From Malacoraja senta (Eukaryota): a DNA stretch of 64,000 bases. Every line of letters starts with the position of its first letter. The stretch's first letter is position 1. Below, in pieces: positions 62,235 through 64,000 of the stretch. Under the pieces are notes generated by a model. The model made no database searches. It had not been told where the DNA came from and saw only the letters and a program-made list of their open reading frames with translations. The DNA is taken from positions 62,001 to 126,000 of the forward strand of contig JAXLNO010000395.1 of NCBI GenBank assembly GCA_038087875.1. Reading direction: 5' to 3'. Both the position numbers and the translations under genes were made by a program.

Positions 62235-64000
62235 TTACTTCGGAGTCACGTGAGTGACTACGTGAAGAAGACCCGTCAGGGCGCATGCGCATCATTAGGA
62301 CTGACGCATTGGCGCCCGGCAGCAGGAGGACGGAGCTCCTCCTGCAGGTGAGTAGTTACAGCTCCACCAAAGTCGGGGAGACTTTGGAGGAGTTAGAAAA
62401 AAGTAGAAATTGTTGCTGTATGTTTTTCCCCACACAATACAGGAACAAGTAAAAAATCATCAAGGTGCAGGCCTGCTACGGACAAGGAGAGAGAGAGCAG
62501 CGGGAGCGCAGTCTCTGAAAGGCAGCCTGTCACCTCTTGGGAGTCGCAAGCCGGTAGCGGTGCGGCGACAGACTTGGCAAAGTGCCCAGCCGGGTACACA
62601 GCCAATGCCAGTCGGGCGGTAGGCATAAGCCAAGTCTGTCAGGGCCATTGACTCCGCAGAGCCGGGCCAGGAGAGTCCCGTTGGGGACAGGATACCGTGC
62701 CCCAGCGGTTATCCAAAAGGAGCAGCGCATACAGGGGCTGCTCCACAAAGCCACACTCCAGGAGGAGTTGTGTGGGCGGGAGGCCGTGGGGACGGCTCCG
62801 CTGGCAGTGCCTTGGAGAGGCCTGCTTCACAAAGCCACACTCCAGGAGGAGTTGTGAGGGCGGGAGGCCGTCGGGAAGGCTCTGCCGGCAGTGCCGTGTA
62901 GAGGCCTGCTTGAAAGCACCCTCTTTGCAAGAGGTGAGTGGAGAAGTGCAGATATGCTCTGACCCTGAGTCTGACGACGACTTCCAAAGGATGGGCAGGC
63001 AGCTGCCAGAGCTGACACCGTGTGCAGCACAGTTTGCCATGTCGTCGGACGCTGGTGAGTCTCTGGGTGAGGAACTTGCCACCAGCATAAATTACCAAGT
63101 CTCACATCAGCTACAGGAGCTGACAATGGATGAGACAGTGAGGAAGCATGAAGCCCCAATCAACTGTGGCCTGTTAAAAGTTCCTGTTGGGAACAGGAAG
63201 AATTGGGGCAAGATGGGCATACTAATGAGAGCCCAGGAGGAGGTGAAGCTCCAGCATATTTTTAAACTTGCTGGCATCTGGTATAATGAGCTTTGCCAGG
63301 ATGGTGGATGGAGAGGCCATGACAAATTACAACAAAAGGCGCTATTGTGGAGTGCCCACTTTGAGATCAACTGCCTCCGCAAGACTGCGTTTAGACCAAC
63401 CATCAACCCTAAATATGCTTCACTCTGCCAGCCTGGCATAGGGCAACCGGCAAATCTGTTTGGCGAGGATTTCGCAAAGCAGGTGAAGGAGCTGGAGGAG
63501 GAGGCCAAGACGGTGGGCTTGATTAAGCAGCCAGCAGCCACATATCCACCAAAGAGTATCCCTATAAGCGAGGAGACTGGTCCGGGCAAGGGACGATTCC
63601 AGCTATGATGCAGTGCAGTTGGCGTTCAGCTGTAGCAGCGCCAGGGAAGGTGAGATATCCAGCTCGAGGCCGGGGAAGAATGCCAGGTGGTAAGGAGGTA
63701 AGTGGGTCTGGTTCTCATGTAGACAGATCTAATGTGATACCTCAGATATGTTTATACTGAAGGTTATTGAAGGGTTTCGAATAAAGCTTAATGCAAATTC
63801 TGATTTACCCATGCAACATGTTCCAAAAAGGAGTTTGACTTCAGTATCACTGAACAATTGGAAGTTCAGGTGGAACTTGCAAGCTTATGTAATAAAGGTG
63901 TAATTGCTAAGGCAGTTTACCAAAGCCATCAGTTTGTGTCCAATATCTTTTCCAGACCAAAAAAGGATGGGTGATGCAGAATTATACAGGACCTGAATAG
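62235..64000 (+). mobile_element. Second DIRS element, 5' part (terminus, gag-like ORF1, start of RT), runs off window
   Basis: Starts ATT|TTACTTCGGAGTCACGTGAGTGA..CGTGAAGAA, like the 20104 terminus. ORF 62697-63608 has HFEINCLRK..RPTINPKYASLC..NLFGEDFAKQVKEL, and the RT start reads ELASLCNKGVI..FVSNIFSRPKKDG*CRII. Confidence 0.88.

Overview
This is AT-rich vertebrate genomic DNA, most likely from a cartilaginous fish (skate/ray-like). That assignment is inferred from HE1/V-SINE and HER1-like CR1 repeats. No host protein-coding exon could be supported, and most of the window is transposable elements. They comprise three L1-clade LINE copies (one full-length), at least five large CR1 copies, a Rex/Babar LINE plus non-autonomous Rex-tailed elements, two Gypsy LTR elements, two DIRS (tyrosine-recombinase) retroelements, PIF/Harbinger derivatives, Helitron derivatives and many Penelope-like fragments with hammerhead-ribozyme-like cores. 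Region 4.9-21.9 kb is one Gypsy element split by four insertions, nested three layers deep. The most unusual item is a deleted DIRS element (11067-20104). It has intact inverted termini and internal complementary region (ICR), is integrated at an ATT trinucleotide, and carries a U6 snRNA-derived segment. Also notable: a 136-bp locally templated insert at a CR1 5' end, two CR1s sharing ORF1 but not ORF2, a Helitron with stacked 5' ends, and a long structured L1 inter-ORF spacer. All alignments were done by eye, so boundaries are approximate unless a junction is quoted.
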